From Bryobacterales bacterium (GTDB lineage Bacteria; Acidobacteriota; Terriglobia; Bryobacterales; Bryobacteraceae): a stretch of 64,000 bases of DNA. The translations under genes and the position numbers were made by a program. The notes beneath the pieces are model-generated. The model worked only from the letters and a program-made list of their open reading frames with translations, did no database searches and had not been told where the DNA came from. The stretch is taken from positions 1,032 through 65,031 of the forward strand of contig CAWCVR010000001.1 of NCBI GenBank assembly GCA_963799105.1, written 5' to 3'. Shown one piece after another: positions 63,918-64,000 of the stretch (position 1 is the first letter of the stretch; every line of letters starts with the position of its first letter).

Positions 63918-64000
63918 GGAACTCCGGCAGGAGGACGCCCGGCGCGCGGCCGCAGTCCACTCCCATCCACGCGGCCATCGAAGGCGTCAGGTCGATCTGG
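63910..64000 (-). CDS. 3' end of an upstream gene (partial). The C-terminus is vaguely sulfatase/alkaline-phosphatase-superfamily-like.
   Basis: The frame is open from the window edge and reads ..QIDLTPSMAAWMGVDCGRAPGVLLPEFHA* (stop 63912-63910). It is coupled to the next gene. Confidence 0.4.
   Translation of the reverse strand, partial: QIDLTPSMAAWMGVDCGRAPGVLLPEFHA

Noticed and set aside
1-64000. I looked for a CRISPR array and for rRNA genes.
   Set aside because: I found no series of regularly spaced direct repeats. The only repeats are the transposon and RIT inverted repeats, the 58-bp duplication, the palindromic spacer element and short tandem motifs. Nothing resembles rRNA.

Overview
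This is a high-G+C bacterial chromosome segment. The composition and a TIGR03437-type secreted protein suggest an Acidobacteria/Solibacter-like host, but that is inference only. Positions 1-40079 are accessory or mobile DNA that ends at the 3' end of tRNA-Ala(GGC) (40080-40155, minus strand). This part contains five blocks. (i) A defence-island-like left end holds a partial PLD-nuclease/SNF2-helicase fusion, a frameshifted HsdR_N + RAMA-like gene and a PD-(D/E)xK gene. That PD-(D/E)xK gene is split by a 3.2-kb Mu/Tn5053-like transposon with TG..CA tips and a 5-bp ATTGG duplication. The block ends with a single-polypeptide OLD-family ABC-ATPase + Toprim protein. (ii) A lambda-like cryptic prophage lies on the minus strand. 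It has small and large terminase, gpW, portal, a protease-capsid fusion, a DUF2190 protein, connectors, tail tube, a J-like protein, a 1,175-codon tail protein and a tail fibre. It carries many +1 frame breaks, and no integrase, lysis or tape-measure gene is visible. (iii) A compact two-gene module sits antisense between the tail genes: a sensor-less histidine kinase plus a receiver-TIR fusion. This is my top candidate for an undescribed phosphorelay-gated TIR defence or abortive-infection system. (iv) A recombinase-in-trio (RIT) element with 91-bp inverted repeats is inserted precisely inside a DUF3489-type gene. (v) A GHKL-ATPase/PD-(D/E)xK protein lies next to two ParB-domain DNA methyltransferases (one frameshifted), a methyltransferase relic and a low-G+C two-gene islet. 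Positions 40156-64000 are mostly core genes. They include crcB, tsaC, a fused homocysteine methyltransferase/MTHF reductase, and cimA-ilvC-ilvN-ilvB with a Val/Ile/Leu-rich leader peptide and attenuator. They also include MazEF-like and ParD-PIN toxin-antitoxin pairs. A TetR-TolC-HlyD-ABC efflux operon (two ATPases, two ABC-2 permeases) follows. The window ends with an AbiEii-like nucleotidyltransferase carrying an in-frame TGA and some genes of unknown function. I saw no rRNA gene and no CRISPR array.
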